Source of the DNA: Ignavibacteriota bacterium
GTDB taxonomy: Bacteria > Bacteroidota > Ignavibacteria > UBA10030
Direction: 5' to 3'
Length of the DNA: 64,000 bases
Assembly (NCBI GenBank): GCA_963701295.1
Contig: OY969585.1
Span: 3,040,001-3,104,000 of the forward strand
In this document: piece after piece, positions 1-10,177 of the stretch
Numbering within the stretch: position 1 is the stretch's first letter
Layout: every line of letters begins with the position of its first letter
Notes under the pieces: generated by a model
Seen by the model: only the letters and a program-made list of their open reading frames with translations
The model's database searches: none
Told to the model about the DNA's origin: nothing
Translations under genes and position numbers: made by a program

Positions 1-499
1 CTTCCCATGAGTTGCTCACCGAAAAAAAAGCATCTGTAATACTGTCAAAGATGGTGATTATTTGTTTCTGAGATCGTTCGAGCTCTTCTTCCAATCGCTC
101 GTTTTCCCACTCTGCTCTCCGCTTTTCAAGAGCATTCTGGATGGCACCAGGTAACCGGCGAAGACTCGATTTCAGAATGTAATCATCGGCGCCTTCTTTG
201 AGACATTCCACTGCTATTTCTTCATTCTTCATTCCAGTAACGAGAATAAATGGAATTTTTGTCCCTCTTTCACGAACGATCTTCAGCGCCTCTAGACCAC
301 TGAACTGAGGTAATGAATAATCTGCAAGCACTACGTCCGGAGAGAATGTTTCAAGCTCCTTTAAGAATTTACTCTTGGAAGCAACTCGGCGTGTGTTATG
401 TTCAATGTTTGCGTTCCGAAGTTCTCGATCGATCATTTCAGCATCGATAGGAATATCTTCTAGAATCAGAATGTTTAAAATTTCGGCTTGTTGTATCAT
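1..499 (-). CDS. Receiver-domain + PAS signalling protein (3' end runs off the window)
   Basis: Hand translation from ATG at 499: MIQQAEILNILILEDIPIDAEMIDRELR...VVLADYSLPQFSGLEAL...GADDYILK (REC), a coiled coil, then IFDSITDAFFSVSNSWE (PAS start). Open to the window edge and absent from the ORF track. Confidence 0.85.
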   Translation of the reverse strand, partial: MIQQAEILNILILEDIPIDAEMIDRELRNANIEHNTRRVASKSKFLKELETFSPDVVLADYSLPQFSGLEALKIVRERGTKIPFILVTGMKNEEIAVECLKEGADDYILKSSLRRLPGAIQNALEKRRAEWENERLEEELERSQKQIITIFDSITDAFFSVSNSWE

Positions 500-536
500 A
501 ACGTTTGACCTATTTTTTCCCCCGCTTAGTGTTTTC

Positions 537-1313
537 CTATGTCTTTGGAAGTGTGAAATAAAACTGGGCCCCATTATCCACTTTTCCCTCAGCCCACACA
601 CGTCCGCCATGTCTTTGGATAATCCGCTTGACAATAGCCAGACCAACTCCTGTTCCATCAAATTCTTCTATCTCGTGCAATCTGTGAAATACGCCAAAGA
701 GACGATCGACATATTGCATATCAAACCCAACTCCATTATCATGTATGCGATACACTATTTCCCCATCATATGAATATGAATTGATTTCCACTTCTCTTTT
801 CTCTCGATAACGAGTATACTTGAATGCATTTGAAAGAAGATTGTACCATACTTGACGAATGAACGTTACATCTCCATATGCCGGAAGTAATGGGTGAAGT
901 ATTATTGCGTACGAGGATGGTACGGTTTCACACACCAGTAATTCGTCAATAACCTTTTGTGCTATCACTGTCATATCAATAAAAGAATGTTGGGGATCAG
1001 ACTTAACCAATTTCGAAAATGCGAGCAACCCGTCAAGCAGTTTCTCCATTTGTTTGGAACTTTCTGTAATCTGCTGTAACAAGGTAGACTCTTTCGTATC
1101 GAAATTCGCTGCATGTCGTTTACTGAGCCACTCACAATTGTTTTGGATTGCACGCAACGGTGCACGCAAATCATGCGATATAGAATACGATAATGCTTCT
1201 AATTCATTGGAGACAGCCTCAACAGTCATGTCCAGAGTGTGTTGATAAGATACAAGTTGGCTTCGCATACTCTGGACATCTTCTTTCCGACTTTCAGCAA
1301 TTGTATATTCCAT
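537..1313 (-). CDS. Cytoplasmic histidine kinase (HisKA + HATPase_c), no input domain
   Basis: H-box ELEALSYSISHDLRAPLR, N-box QVWYNLLSNAFKY, G-boxes DNGVGF and GTGVGLAIVK. Likely start ATG 1313 (MEYTIAE) overlaps the cheB stop as TAATG. Confidence 0.9.
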   Translation of the reverse strand: MEYTIAESRKEDVQSMRSQLVSYQHTLDMTVEAVSNELEALSYSISHDLRAPLRAIQNNCEWLSKRHAANFDTKESTLLQQITESSKQMEKLLDGLLAFSKLVKSDPQHSFIDMTVIAQKVIDELLVCETVPSSYAIILHPLLPAYGDVTFIRQVWYNLLSNAFKYTRYREKREVEINSYSYDGEIVYRIHDNGVGFDMQYVDRLFGVFHRLHEIEEFDGTGVGLAIVKRIIQRHGGRVWAEGKVDNGAQFYFTLPKT

Positions 1314-2470
1314 TATAGAACTTCTCCTCTTCCAATAGGAATGCGTGCTTTTGCCCATGCTTGCGCCAATCGTTCGAGTGCTACTGCTATATTATCAAGC
1401 GATAGCATAGAATCCACAAGACCTTCTTCATGTGCTGCCCGGGGCATACCATACACTACACAGCTCTCTTCATCTTGACCGATTACATATCCGCCTTTCG
1501 ATCTGATATGCTTCAGTCCTTCGACCCCATCTTTTCCCATGCCGGTCATAATAATACCAAGCAACGGACCTTGAAATGCCGCAGCAGCAGATGTCATCAT
1601 GATATTTGCTGAAGGACGATATAAGATGTCTGCTGGACCGTCTGAGATTTCTATTATTACACGAGAACCGTTGTTACTAAACGCCATTTGTTTTCCACCA
1701 GGAGCAATCAGAACTTTTCCGGGTTCAAATACTTCCCCATGCTCAGCTTCTTTGACATGAACCCTACTGATACTATTTAACCTTTCTGCCAATGTTCTGG
1801 TAAACTGAGGTGGCATATGCTGAACAATACCGACACCTAAGGGAAAACGTTCGGGAAGTTGTGGAATAATATTGAGCAGCGCTTGCGGTCCACCGGTCGA
1901 TATTCCAAGTACTACAGCGTGAAATTTCAATACCACACTTTCGAAACTAATATTCTTCGGTTTTTGCTTGTGATGAACTGTTTTACCATGAGAAGACTGT
2001 ACCAGTCTCCTCATACGAAATCGTGTCTGCACTAAACGGCTCCGTGCAATTTGTTTTACTTTCTCAATGAGTTCGTCTTTGATATTTTTGATATTGATCG
2101 AGATATATGACAAATCTTTAGAAATAAAATCAACGGCTCCTAAGTCAAGTGCCTGCATGGTAGCTTGTGCACTTTCTGTCGTCAAAGAACTCACCATAAG
2201 CACAGGCACCGGCATTTGATCCATAATAGTTTTGAGTGCAGTAAGTCCATCCATCCCGGGCATTTCAATATCCAATGTAACGATGTCTGGTTTCAAGGTG
2301 CTGATCTTTTCTATTCCTTCGTTTCCATCACTGGCAGTCCCAATGACACGAATTTCGGGATCTGATTCGAGCATGAGCTTCAACGATTTCCGCATGAATG
2401 CGGAATCATCAATCACAATAACTTTCACTATATTTTCTTCTGACGGCATCATAAAATCTTCCCTACTCAT
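1313..2470 (-). CDS. cheB: Chemotaxis methylesterase CheB (REC + methylesterase)
   Basis: REC VIDDSAFMR...DIEMP. Catalytic motifs GISTGGP, VQHMP, MTGMGKDG, VVYGMP. Confidence 0.97.
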   Translation of the reverse strand: MSREDFMMPSEENIVKVIVIDDSAFMRKSLKLMLESDPEIRVIGTASDGNEGIEKISTLKPDIVTLDIEMPGMDGLTALKTIMDQMPVPVLMVSSLTTESAQATMQALDLGAVDFISKDLSYISINIKNIKDELIEKVKQIARSRLVQTRFRMRRLVQSSHGKTVHHKQKPKNISFESVVLKFHAVVLGISTGGPQALLNIIPQLPERFPLGVGIVQHMPPQFTRTLAERLNSISRVHVKEAEHGEVFEPGKVLIAPGGKQMAFSNNGSRVIIEISDGPADILYRPSANIMMTSAAAAFQGPLLGIIMTGMGKDGVEGLKHIRSKGGYVIGQDEESCVVYGMPRAAHEEGLVDSMLSLDNIAVALERLAQAWAKARIPIGRGEVL

Positions 2471-4176
2471 GCTACCTTCCCAAAATGATGGGCAACTAAT
2501 TCGATAAATCGACCTACATCGATAACTAAAATAACACTCCCGTCTCCAAGAATAGTAGAACCCGCAATACCAGGAACATCACCGAGGTAATTGCCCAATG
2601 TCTTGATAACTACCTCTTTCTGTCCTTGGAGAGAATCGACGAGAAGTCCAATTCTTTTTTCTGCCCATCCGACTATCACAACATATGAAACAACCGAGTG
2701 TTGAATAGTTTGGTTTTTTCCAATGATGTCGGACATTCTTGCGAGCGGCAGAATAGTATCACGCACTCGTATAACTTCACGTCCTTGAATGCTGTAGATT
2801 TCTTCAGGAGTAATCCGAACGATTTCGAGTACTGCACTCAACGGAACAGCAAATATCTCATCAACTACTTTCAAGAGGAGACCCTGAATAATCGCAAGTG
2901 TCAAAGGTACCTTCAAAGTAATGATTGTTCCTGTCCCTACATTTGAATCGATCTCGACGATACCTTTTAATTTTGCTATGTTGGTTTTGACAACATCCAT
3001 TCCAACCCCTCTTCCCGACACATTTGTAATTTCTTGTTTCATGCTAAAACCCGGAATAAAAATTAAATTGAGAGCATCGGATTTTGACATTTCTGTCGCT
3101 TCAATTTCTGAAATCAACCCCTTTTCGATCGCTTTCTTTTTTGTTTTATCAATATCAATGCCGCGGCCATCATCTTCCATGGTGATCAGAATGTAATTTC
3201 CATCACGCTCTGCGTTGACTACAACTATTCCTTGCGCCGGCTTCCCTTTGCTCTTTCTCTCTTCGGGAGATTCGATGCCATGATCGACGGCATTACGAAT
3301 CATATGAATGAGTGGATCTTTTAATTCTTCTATAATGGATTTATCTAATTCAGTTTCTTTTCCATAGATCTGGAGATCGACTTCTTTCCCTGTCATGCGC
3401 ATAACCTCTCGGGCAACAAGCGGAAGTCCGCTGAACACTTTTTCTATTGGAACCATTCGTGTTTTCATGACCGCCATTTGAAGTTCCGTTGTCACAAAAT
3501 CAATCTGACTGCTGACATCGGCAATCTGCTTCGACATGTCTAAACGTTCATATTTTTCCGTCAAGGATTGTGTAGCTTGTGAAAGACGGTTGCGAGCAAG
3601 GACAAGTTCTCCGATAAGATTCATCAAATCGTCAAGTCTGTCAACATCAACTCGGATGGTTGTATCAACTGCATGTTGAGGCTGAATCTCAGTCAGTTCA
3701 GCACCATGGACAATTGGTTCTAGTATTGATGATGCTTCAGCTTGAACTGAAACCGGCGTAGTTTGCTGTTGCATCCCTCTCCGCAATTTTTCTAGAATAC
3801 TATCCATTTCTATAGGTTGCAGATTCCGACTTTCAATCCGCTGTAAGAGCACACCCGCGGTCTTATGAACGTCGATAAGCACATCAATTATTTCACTAGT
3901 GGCAGTGCAGTCGCCCTTCCGAAGTTTATTCAACAGGTCTTCACTCGTATGTGCCAATTCAGCAATTTGGTTGAATCCAAGAAATGACGATGTTCCTTTT
4001 AGTGTGTGCATTTCTCTGAAAATATTGTTCAGCACATTCACATCTAATGGAGCTTTTTCCAGTGCAAGCAGATCCTGACTCAAGTGATCGAGAATTTCCC
4101 TTGCTTCAACAAGATAGCTTTCGAATATTTCCCGCATCTCTTCATCAAAACCAGGTGCTGTCTGTTCATTGTCCAT
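2467..4176 (-). CDS. cheA: Chemotaxis histidine kinase CheA (HPt, dimerisation, HATPase, CheW-like P5; no apparent P2)
   Basis: IFREMHTLKGTS (HPt), TIRVDVDRLDDLMNLIGELV, HMIRNAVDHGIE, SGRGVGMDVVK, LTLAII. Confidence 0.97.
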   Translation of the reverse strand: MDNEQTAPGFDEEMREIFESYLVEAREILDHLSQDLLALEKAPLDVNVLNNIFREMHTLKGTSSFLGFNQIAELAHTSEDLLNKLRKGDCTATSEIIDVLIDVHKTAGVLLQRIESRNLQPIEMDSILEKLRRGMQQQTTPVSVQAEASSILEPIVHGAELTEIQPQHAVDTTIRVDVDRLDDLMNLIGELVLARNRLSQATQSLTEKYERLDMSKQIADVSSQIDFVTTELQMAVMKTRMVPIEKVFSGLPLVAREVMRMTGKEVDLQIYGKETELDKSIIEELKDPLIHMIRNAVDHGIESPEERKSKGKPAQGIVVVNAERDGNYILITMEDDGRGIDIDKTKKKAIEKGLISEIEATEMSKSDALNLIFIPGFSMKQEITNVSGRGVGMDVVKTNIAKLKGIVEIDSNVGTGTIITLKVPLTLAIIQGLLLKVVDEIFAVPLSAVLEIVRITPEEIYSIQGREVIRVRDTILPLARMSDIIGKNQTIQHSVVSYVVIVGWAEKRIGLLVDSLQGQKEVVIKTLGNYLGDVPGIAGSTILGDGSVILVIDVGRFIELVAHHFGKVA

Positions 4177-4219
4177 AGATCATCATTCTATAATATGATA
4201 TATTGCCGATATACTTTCT

Positions 4220-4831
4220 TCAACTGCTTTTTTCATTTTCTTTCCACGCCGTCACAACTTCATCGATCTTTGATTGATGTTCTGGTGTTTTCATGTACGA
4301 AGCATTAACATCGAACGATTTGGGACCGGCTTTATCCTCTTCAACATAACGTCTCGCTTCGTCGGTTTTCTTCTTCGCAGTTTCAAAATAATTCAGCTCA
4401 TTCAGCAATTCCTTGCGAACTGACTCTATCAGATGGTTTGCTGCGCCAATTTTCTGTGCCGTTATATCCTGTACCTGTAAAGCTACCGTGATATTGCTTG
4501 TATTCTCCTTCAATTCTAATAGGGTTTGTCTGATTCCTGTAAGCATTAATAGTTGACGTTCAGAAATTCCTTTCTCATCGAATTCTTTTAAACCATTCTC
4601 TACCATATGAATCTTCGTTCCCATCTGGTCGAGTACGTCGAGAATTTCAACTGTAGCAAGTTCCGTCGCTTGTGTTACCGTGTTCAATTGAACCGATGCA
4701 TTAGGAATCTTACTCGAACTGTCTTCAATTGCATTCTTGATGCGATCGAGCAATGTAATAACCTTCTGGAGTGCAGTAATTACGCTTTCTGTTGTCCCTG
4801 CATCCTCATTCACTTTTTTTTCATCTGGCAT
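4220..4831 (-). CDS. CheZ-like phosphatase (copy 2)
   Basis: Helical protein with TQATELATVEILD and ALQVQDITAQKI (CheZ DxxxQ catalytic motif), plus a C-terminal QSKIDEVV peptide resembling the CheY-binding tail. Lies between cheY and cheA. Confidence 0.75.
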   Translation of the reverse strand: MPDEKKVNEDAGTTESVITALQKVITLLDRIKNAIEDSSSKIPNASVQLNTVTQATELATVEILDVLDQMGTKIHMVENGLKEFDEKGISERQLLMLTGIRQTLLELKENTSNITVALQVQDITAQKIGAANHLIESVRKELLNELNYFETAKKKTDEARRYVEEDKAGPKSFDVNASYMKTPEHQSKIDEVVTAWKENEKSS

Positions 4832-4900
4832 ACTTTCACCTTTTGTTTTATACAGTGCAATAATAGTTTATTTTTTTGTTCAGATTTTCACATTTCACGT

Positions 4901-5638
4901 TTATAATTGTCCGGCACGTGCCTTACTTAACAAGGACTCAACCATCTTCTTCCGCTCTATATCACCTACGATTTCCGGATCATTCGGAAGTGGAAGATTG
5001 ATGGAGAGCGGCTGAACTGTTGGAATGCTAAAGAATCCAGTTGTGAGCTTTCTCAGCTCTTCAGCAACCGCCTGGATCGTACCCATGACTGTACCAATGT
5101 GTTGCTGAGTGATATCCTGCACTTGAAGTGCCATCATAATTTCTGTGCAATCATCTTGAAGGTCCTTCAACAATCGTTCTAGATTGCTTGTCGGACCGCT
5201 CATTTTCATACTGCGAAGGTGCGCTGCCCACGCTTCAGCAAGCGCTACAATGTCCGCATCCCAACCCGATTTCTCGACCAATGTCTTCACGATTCCTGCC
5301 ATTTTATTCGTTGCAACACCAAGATCAGATGCTATCATACCTGAGGACACAGAAGTGATTACTTGGTCAAGTGTTGCCACCATTTTATCCAACGTATTTA
5401 ATATTTGGGTAGACGCTTGTTCCGTCGCTTCTGTCACACGTCCGAGTTGACCGGCAGCCTTGGGGATATTCACCATCGCCACTTCCAGCACTGCTTTGAG
5501 ATCTTCAATAGCTGGACTAATATCATTCAGAAAACCAGCAATTTCATCGAGAACCGGTATAGTTCGCTGACCGTATTCACAGAATACTTTCACTTCAGCG
5601 GCTTTTTGTAAAACTTTTTCAACTTCCTGTTGATTCAT
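4901..5638 (-). CDS. CheZ-like phosphatase (copy 1)
   Basis: VTEATEQASTQILN and MALQVQDITQQHI (DxxxQ motif); C-terminal RKKMVESLL. Immediately downstream of cheY. Confidence 0.7.
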   Translation of the reverse strand: MNQQEVEKVLQKAAEVKVFCEYGQRTIPVLDEIAGFLNDISPAIEDLKAVLEVAMVNIPKAAGQLGRVTEATEQASTQILNTLDKMVATLDQVITSVSSGMIASDLGVATNKMAGIVKTLVEKSGWDADIVALAEAWAAHLRSMKMSGPTSNLERLLKDLQDDCTEIMMALQVQDITQQHIGTVMGTIQAVAEELRKLTTGFFSIPTVQPLSINLPLPNDPEIVGDIERKKMVESLLSKARAGQL

Positions 5639-5690
5639 AACTCTATCCTCTCAGGATCATATTATTGTAAGAACGATTTTTCATCCCGCT

Positions 5691-6083
5691 CTATTCCGTA
5701 CTCACTTGAACGGTCTTGAGAATACCCTCGATCTTCTCTTTCAATTCCTGCGGCGTGAATGGTTTCATAATGTAACTATTAACTTTTGCCTGAAGTGCCT
5801 CTACGACATCATGCTCGGTTCCGCGGGTGGTGATCATGAGAATCGGCATGGATGAATACAATGGATTCGATCGAACAATTTTGATAAAATCCAATCCGTT
5901 CATTTCGGGCATATTCCAGTCGGTAATAATAAAATCCACTTTGCCGCTTGGAAGTTTTTCAAGTGCCTCTTTTCCATTTGAGGCTTCAATTGTATCTGTG
6001 AAACCCACAGTCTTTAACGCATTAGTGATAATGCGTCGTATGGTGATCGAATCATCCACAATGAGAATCTTTATTGATGCCAT
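5691..6083 (-). CDS. cheY: Chemotaxis response regulator CheY
   Basis: KILIVDDSITIRRII...ITDWNMPEMNGL...YIMKPFTP, a canonical CheY signature. Confidence 0.92.
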   Translation of the reverse strand: MASIKILIVDDSITIRRIITNALKTVGFTDTIEASNGKEALEKLPSGKVDFIITDWNMPEMNGLDFIKIVRSNPLYSSMPILMITTRGTEHDVVEALQAKVNSYIMKPFTPQELKEKIEGILKTVQVSTE

Positions 6084-6182
6084 GGTACTATCCTTTTATA
6101 GTTTTATTAATAATATTTTTTCTTATTCTTTCTATTATTCATCTTTTTTCTATATCAAAGTGCAACTTTGTGTGCACAATAA

Positions 6183-6190
6183 GTATCGGC
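6183..6190 (-). promoter_or_regulatory. Possible sigma-28 (FliA) -10 element upstream of cheY
   Basis: GCCGATAC on the minus strand about 100 bp upstream of cheY. The -35 match is poor. Confidence 0.3.
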
Positions 6191-6225
6191 AAAGGAACGA
6201 TTTGCTAATAGGATATTTCCTATGC

Positions 6226-6612
6226 TCACCCTGTATGTGGAATTGTTTTATGGACAAATCGAAAAACTTCTCGTTGAATGGCTTCAGTGCTGAGAGGTTT
6301 TTCTAAAAATGCAAGCGCTCCACTTTCTAATGCAAGGTCTTTGTCCTTCAAATCGGTCATCGAAGAGAGGACGATAATCGGGATATCCTGATACTCGGGC
6401 GTCTCTCGAAGTGTACGGATGAATTCATATCCATCCATATCTGGCATATTAAGATCGGTGATGATGAGATCGAACTTTTCTGACGGCATTCGCTCCAGCG
6501 CTTCTATTCCATCTCCCGCCGTAACCACTCGAAATCCTTTCATATTCAATGCTGCAGCAACGAACTTCCTCACAGTCGCTGAATCGTCTACAACTAGGAC
6601 TACTTTTTCCAT
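6226..6612 (-). CDS. Single-domain CheY-like response regulator
   Basis: VLVVDDSATVR...ITDLNMPDMDG...FLEKP. Confidence 0.9.
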   Translation of the reverse strand: MEKVVLVVDDSATVRKFVAAALNMKGFRVVTAGDGIEALERMPSEKFDLIITDLNMPDMDGYEFIRTLRETPEYQDIPIIVLSSMTDLKDKDLALESGALAFLEKPLSTEAIQREVFRFVHKTIPHTG

Positions 6613-6618
6613 ACTCTA

Positions 6619-7500
6619 CTACTCCTTCTTATAAGCGGTCGTCTTAGGAATGCTCACCAGTTTAAATGCGGTTGAAATCCTGTGCAACATTTCCGAGAAA
6701 CCTATAAAGAGATATCCGCCCCGATTGAGGCTGTTGAACAGATCTCCAACAACCTGGATTTTTGCCTTCTCATCAAAGTAAATGAGAACATTTGCGCAAA
6801 AAATGAAATCGAAGTGCATCATGTTCCGCATCTTTTCCCGATCTATCAAATTAATGTATTCGAAACGAACCAGTTCTTTTACTTCTTTTCGCAATCGATA
6901 GACACCGTTGGATTGGTCAAAATATTTATTCAAATATAGTTTCGGCGTATTGCGGATTGCATATTGATTGTATTCTGCTTTGTGTGCCATGTCGAGTACT
7001 GCTCTATTAATATCTGTGCCGATGATTTCGATACGCAACTCCGGATATCGAGGTTTAAGGTGTTCGAGATACAACATAGCTAATGAATAAGGCTCTTCCC
7101 CGGAAGAACATGCAGCACTCCATATTCTCAGTGTTCGATTATTATATGCCTTCTTTGCTTCGATGACTTCTTCAGCAAATTTCTTTTGAAATGCATCGAT
7201 CTGCGCATCGTTCCGAAAGAAAAATGTTTCGTTAATTGTGATCATATTGCATAAAAATTCAAATTCACAATCTTTTTGCTGACCGTACCTCAACAAATGA
7301 AGATACTCTTCGAAATGGTCGACCTTGAGTACTTGCAGGCGTTTGACAAGTCTTCCCTCGATTAAGTACTTCTTCTTCTCAGGGAAAAAGATACCAGTTT
7401 TCGAATAGATGAAGTCCCTTAGCATAACGAAGGTTTCTGCCGTAAGCTTCGGAGAAGAGTCAACTCGGATTCTATCTTGGGCCTGTTCAAACACGATCAA
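6619..7500 (-). CDS. cheR: Chemotaxis methyltransferase CheR
   Basis: ITINETFFFRN, RIWSAACSSGEEPYSLAM, GTDIN, FCANVLIYFD. TTG start overlaps the upstream stop. Confidence 0.96.
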   Translation of the reverse strand: MIVFEQAQDRIRVDSSPKLTAETFVMLRDFIYSKTGIFFPEKKKYLIEGRLVKRLQVLKVDHFEEYLHLLRYGQQKDCEFEFLCNMITINETFFFRNDAQIDAFQKKFAEEVIEAKKAYNNRTLRIWSAACSSGEEPYSLAMLYLEHLKPRYPELRIEIIGTDINRAVLDMAHKAEYNQYAIRNTPKLYLNKYFDQSNGVYRLRKEVKELVRFEYINLIDREKMRNMMHFDFIFCANVLIYFDEKAKIQVVGDLFNSLNRGGYLFIGFSEMLHRISTAFKLVSIPKTTAYKKE

Positions 7501-8951
7501 GTTGCTCCACGATCAAGTGACTCATTTCTGTAATTTGATGTAATCGCTTCCAATGGAATTCCAGCAGCTTGGAACGCCATAAGAGCGGCTTCTCGCACCA
7601 TCTCGTTTTCGTCTTCGACAAATCGAGCGATACATTCTAAAGCACGGCGTGTTGGCATAGTTACAAGCTGTTCGATCATATGCACACGAGACCAAGGATC
7701 CATGTCAACCATAACTCTTTGAAGAAATACAGCAGCACGATCACAGTCGATTCGAAAGAGTGTATCTGCAATAATTTCCCAATCTTCTTGATTCGCCTCG
7801 TACCAAGCTTCTGAGGCTATATCAAATGCCCGTTCCAATTCACTGTCATCAATCCTGTATCCACGAAAACCCTTATAGGAACGCACAAATTCACCGGCAA
7901 GTTTACCAAGCAGCATCATGATCTGTATTTTTCCACGTGTTATTCCTGCTTCGAGGCACTCGACAGCTATTTGAAAGACACGTGGTCGGACTGACATCTG
8001 CGCTACTATGACACAATCCATCTCTTCAGAAATCCCAAGAGAAAGAAGCAGTTCTTTTGTTACAACAGGATCCTTAAATTGAATAAGTCCTTTTGCGGCA
8101 CTCAGTTGAATTTGATGATTATCATTATGCAAAGCGTGCAGTAAATCATTTCGCATTTTGTCATCTAATTGATATTCTAGATTACATCGTTCGATGATTA
8201 ACATAACTTCGTGCAGCAGTATATCCCGAAGTGGATCTTTGATAGCTTCATAATTTGCTAGAAGCACTTCAAGTGTATCAGCATCTCCTACAATTCCTAA
8301 AGCGTCGAGCAACGCGAAGAGATATATTTGCTCCGCGTTGCCGACGTTGATTGCATCCCGATATTTACCCTCGAGGTATTCACGGACAGAATCGCCGCCA
8401 ATTTTTCCGAGCGCTTCAATTGCAATGATACGGGTGAATGGATAATGCTCAAACGTATTGAAAATTGGTTTAACCGCTTCTCGGCTACCGATATTGCCGA
8501 TAGCCTCAATGGCTGCAACAAGGACATTCTGATCTTGATCTCTCAAGAGCGGTAAAAGGTAATAAATAGGCTCCTTGCTCTTGATTTCGCCAAGAATATC
8601 CACTGCTAATTTGCGAATGTCCTTGTCAAGATCACTCAAATATGGAACAAGTGCGTGAACGGAAGCTCCTCGTAATTGTACGAGCAATTTTGCAGCGAGG
8701 TTTCGAGAAGTGATATTTTCATCCCCGATATGATGGACGATCGCACGAGCAGTAGCCACTCCACCGATGCTAAGAAGTGTACGTGAGACAGCATCCTCGA
8801 CTCCTCTGTTTTCATCCCCCAAGGCCGTGGAAAGAACTGCAAGGGCATTCCGGTCATCACATCCAGATAGATCTTCTGCAGCTCTGCGTCGGACATCAGG
8901 ATCCGGATCTGTCAGCAGAAGACAGATAAGGTTGTTCGTATGTTTATTCAT
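7497..8951 (-). CDS. HEAT/PBS-lyase repeat protein
   Basis: Repeats such as DPDPDVRRRAAEDL, DLDKDIRKLAVDILG, DQDQNVLVAAIEAIG and DENEMVREAA. Coupled to cheR. Confidence 0.9.
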   Translation of the reverse strand: MNKHTNNLICLLLTDPDPDVRRRAAEDLSGCDDRNALAVLSTALGDENRGVEDAVSRTLLSIGGVATARAIVHHIGDENITSRNLAAKLLVQLRGASVHALVPYLSDLDKDIRKLAVDILGEIKSKEPIYYLLPLLRDQDQNVLVAAIEAIGNIGSREAVKPIFNTFEHYPFTRIIAIEALGKIGGDSVREYLEGKYRDAINVGNAEQIYLFALLDALGIVGDADTLEVLLANYEAIKDPLRDILLHEVMLIIERCNLEYQLDDKMRNDLLHALHNDNHQIQLSAAKGLIQFKDPVVTKELLLSLGISEEMDCVIVAQMSVRPRVFQIAVECLEAGITRGKIQIMMLLGKLAGEFVRSYKGFRGYRIDDSELERAFDIASEAWYEANQEDWEIIADTLFRIDCDRAAVFLQRVMVDMDPWSRVHMIEQLVTMPTRRALECIARFVEDENEMVREAALMAFQAAGIPLEAITSNYRNESLDRGAT

Positions 8952-9111
8952 AGGGCTTACTTTTAAAAATTCTGGCTCAATTTATTTATCATGAGTTGCC
9001 CATAGGTACTCTTTCAGAATCTCGACTCATTTTGTCAATTCAAGCAGAAGACTCTTTTACAGCTTACTTCGCAGCACTTATTCATATTCACCTTCATCAT
9101 TACATGCCTCT

Positions 9112-10086
9112 TTAATCTGACATGCTTGGCAGTGCAATAACTTTCTGGATATCCGGATCATCAAGATTATCACGAGTTATCACGCACACATCGATGTCAA
9201 TCTTGGAGGGAACTTTCTTTCCACGAATATAATCGACAATTGTCTTAACACAAAAGTATCCCATCCGTGCTGGATCTTGGGTGACAAGTGCACTGATTTC
9301 ACCATTCTTTAATGCTTCAACTGCAGGAGCCGGTGAATCGAAACCAACAAATTTGACTTTACTGGTCAGGTTAAGCTTTCGTAAAGCAAGAAGCATACCC
9401 ATTGTTGATTGTTCATAAGAGCAGAAGATACCATCAGCTTCCTTTAGTTTATCAGCTATCTTCATACATTCATTCAAAGTTTCTTCTGTTGTACCGCTCA
9501 CATATCGATTCTTCTCGATCAAATGAATGCCTTTGTATTTTGATATAGCTTCAAGAAAACCTTCTTCACGATTCGTAATATTGGATTGGCCAACTTTGAC
9601 TCGCAGCATAACAACCTTACCTTTTCCTCCAAGGAATTTGACTAATTGCTCACCTGCAATACCCCCTGCTTTTTTGTTGTCTATACCGACGATACTGATG
9701 AAATCTTTTCCTGGTGTTCCTTTAAGCACACTATCAAAAATTAGGACAGGTATTTTTTTCTTTGCAGCTTTAGCAACTGGTCCAGCTAAAGCTTCCTTGT
9801 CCAATGGTGCGAGAGCTATCCCAGACATACTATCATTGATGCACTGCTCAACAATTGAAATCTGTTGTGCCACATCATCATCCTTTAACGGAGCTTTCCA
9901 GACAACCTCAACACCTCCTAAGGCAACCGCTCCTAATTTTACACCTGAGTGTACTGATTTCCAGAAAATGGCAGAGTTGCTTTTAGGAATAATAGCAATC
10001 CTAATTTTTTCTTGTGGAAGTACAATTGTCCATATTCCAGACATAAGGATCAAAATAAACAGGAAATCAATAATTTTCTTTTTCAT
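9112..10086 (-). CDS. Periplasmic sugar-binding protein (RbsB/Peripla_BP_4-like), no cognate ABC permease nearby
   Basis: Signal-like N-terminus MKKKIIDFLFILIL; IAIIPKS...FWKSVHSG, DNKKAG, REEGFL, VGFDS, QDPARMGY. Confidence 0.9.
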   Translation of the reverse strand: MKKKIIDFLFILILMSGIWTIVLPQEKIRIAIIPKSNSAIFWKSVHSGVKLGAVALGGVEVVWKAPLKDDDVAQQISIVEQCINDSMSGIALAPLDKEALAGPVAKAAKKKIPVLIFDSVLKGTPGKDFISIVGIDNKKAGGIAGEQLVKFLGGKGKVVMLRVKVGQSNITNREEGFLEAISKYKGIHLIEKNRYVSGTTEETLNECMKIADKLKEADGIFCSYEQSTMGMLLALRKLNLTSKVKFVGFDSPAPAVEALKNGEISALVTQDPARMGYFCVKTIVDYIRGKKVPSKIDIDVCVITRDNLDDPDIQKVIALPSMSD

Positions 10087-10177
10087 AATTCTATCTCTTT
10101 CGTTTAAATACATTTTGCATTGAAAATAAATAATGCGGAATAAGTTTCCTGCTCGTTATAATTTTTATCTAATCGAT

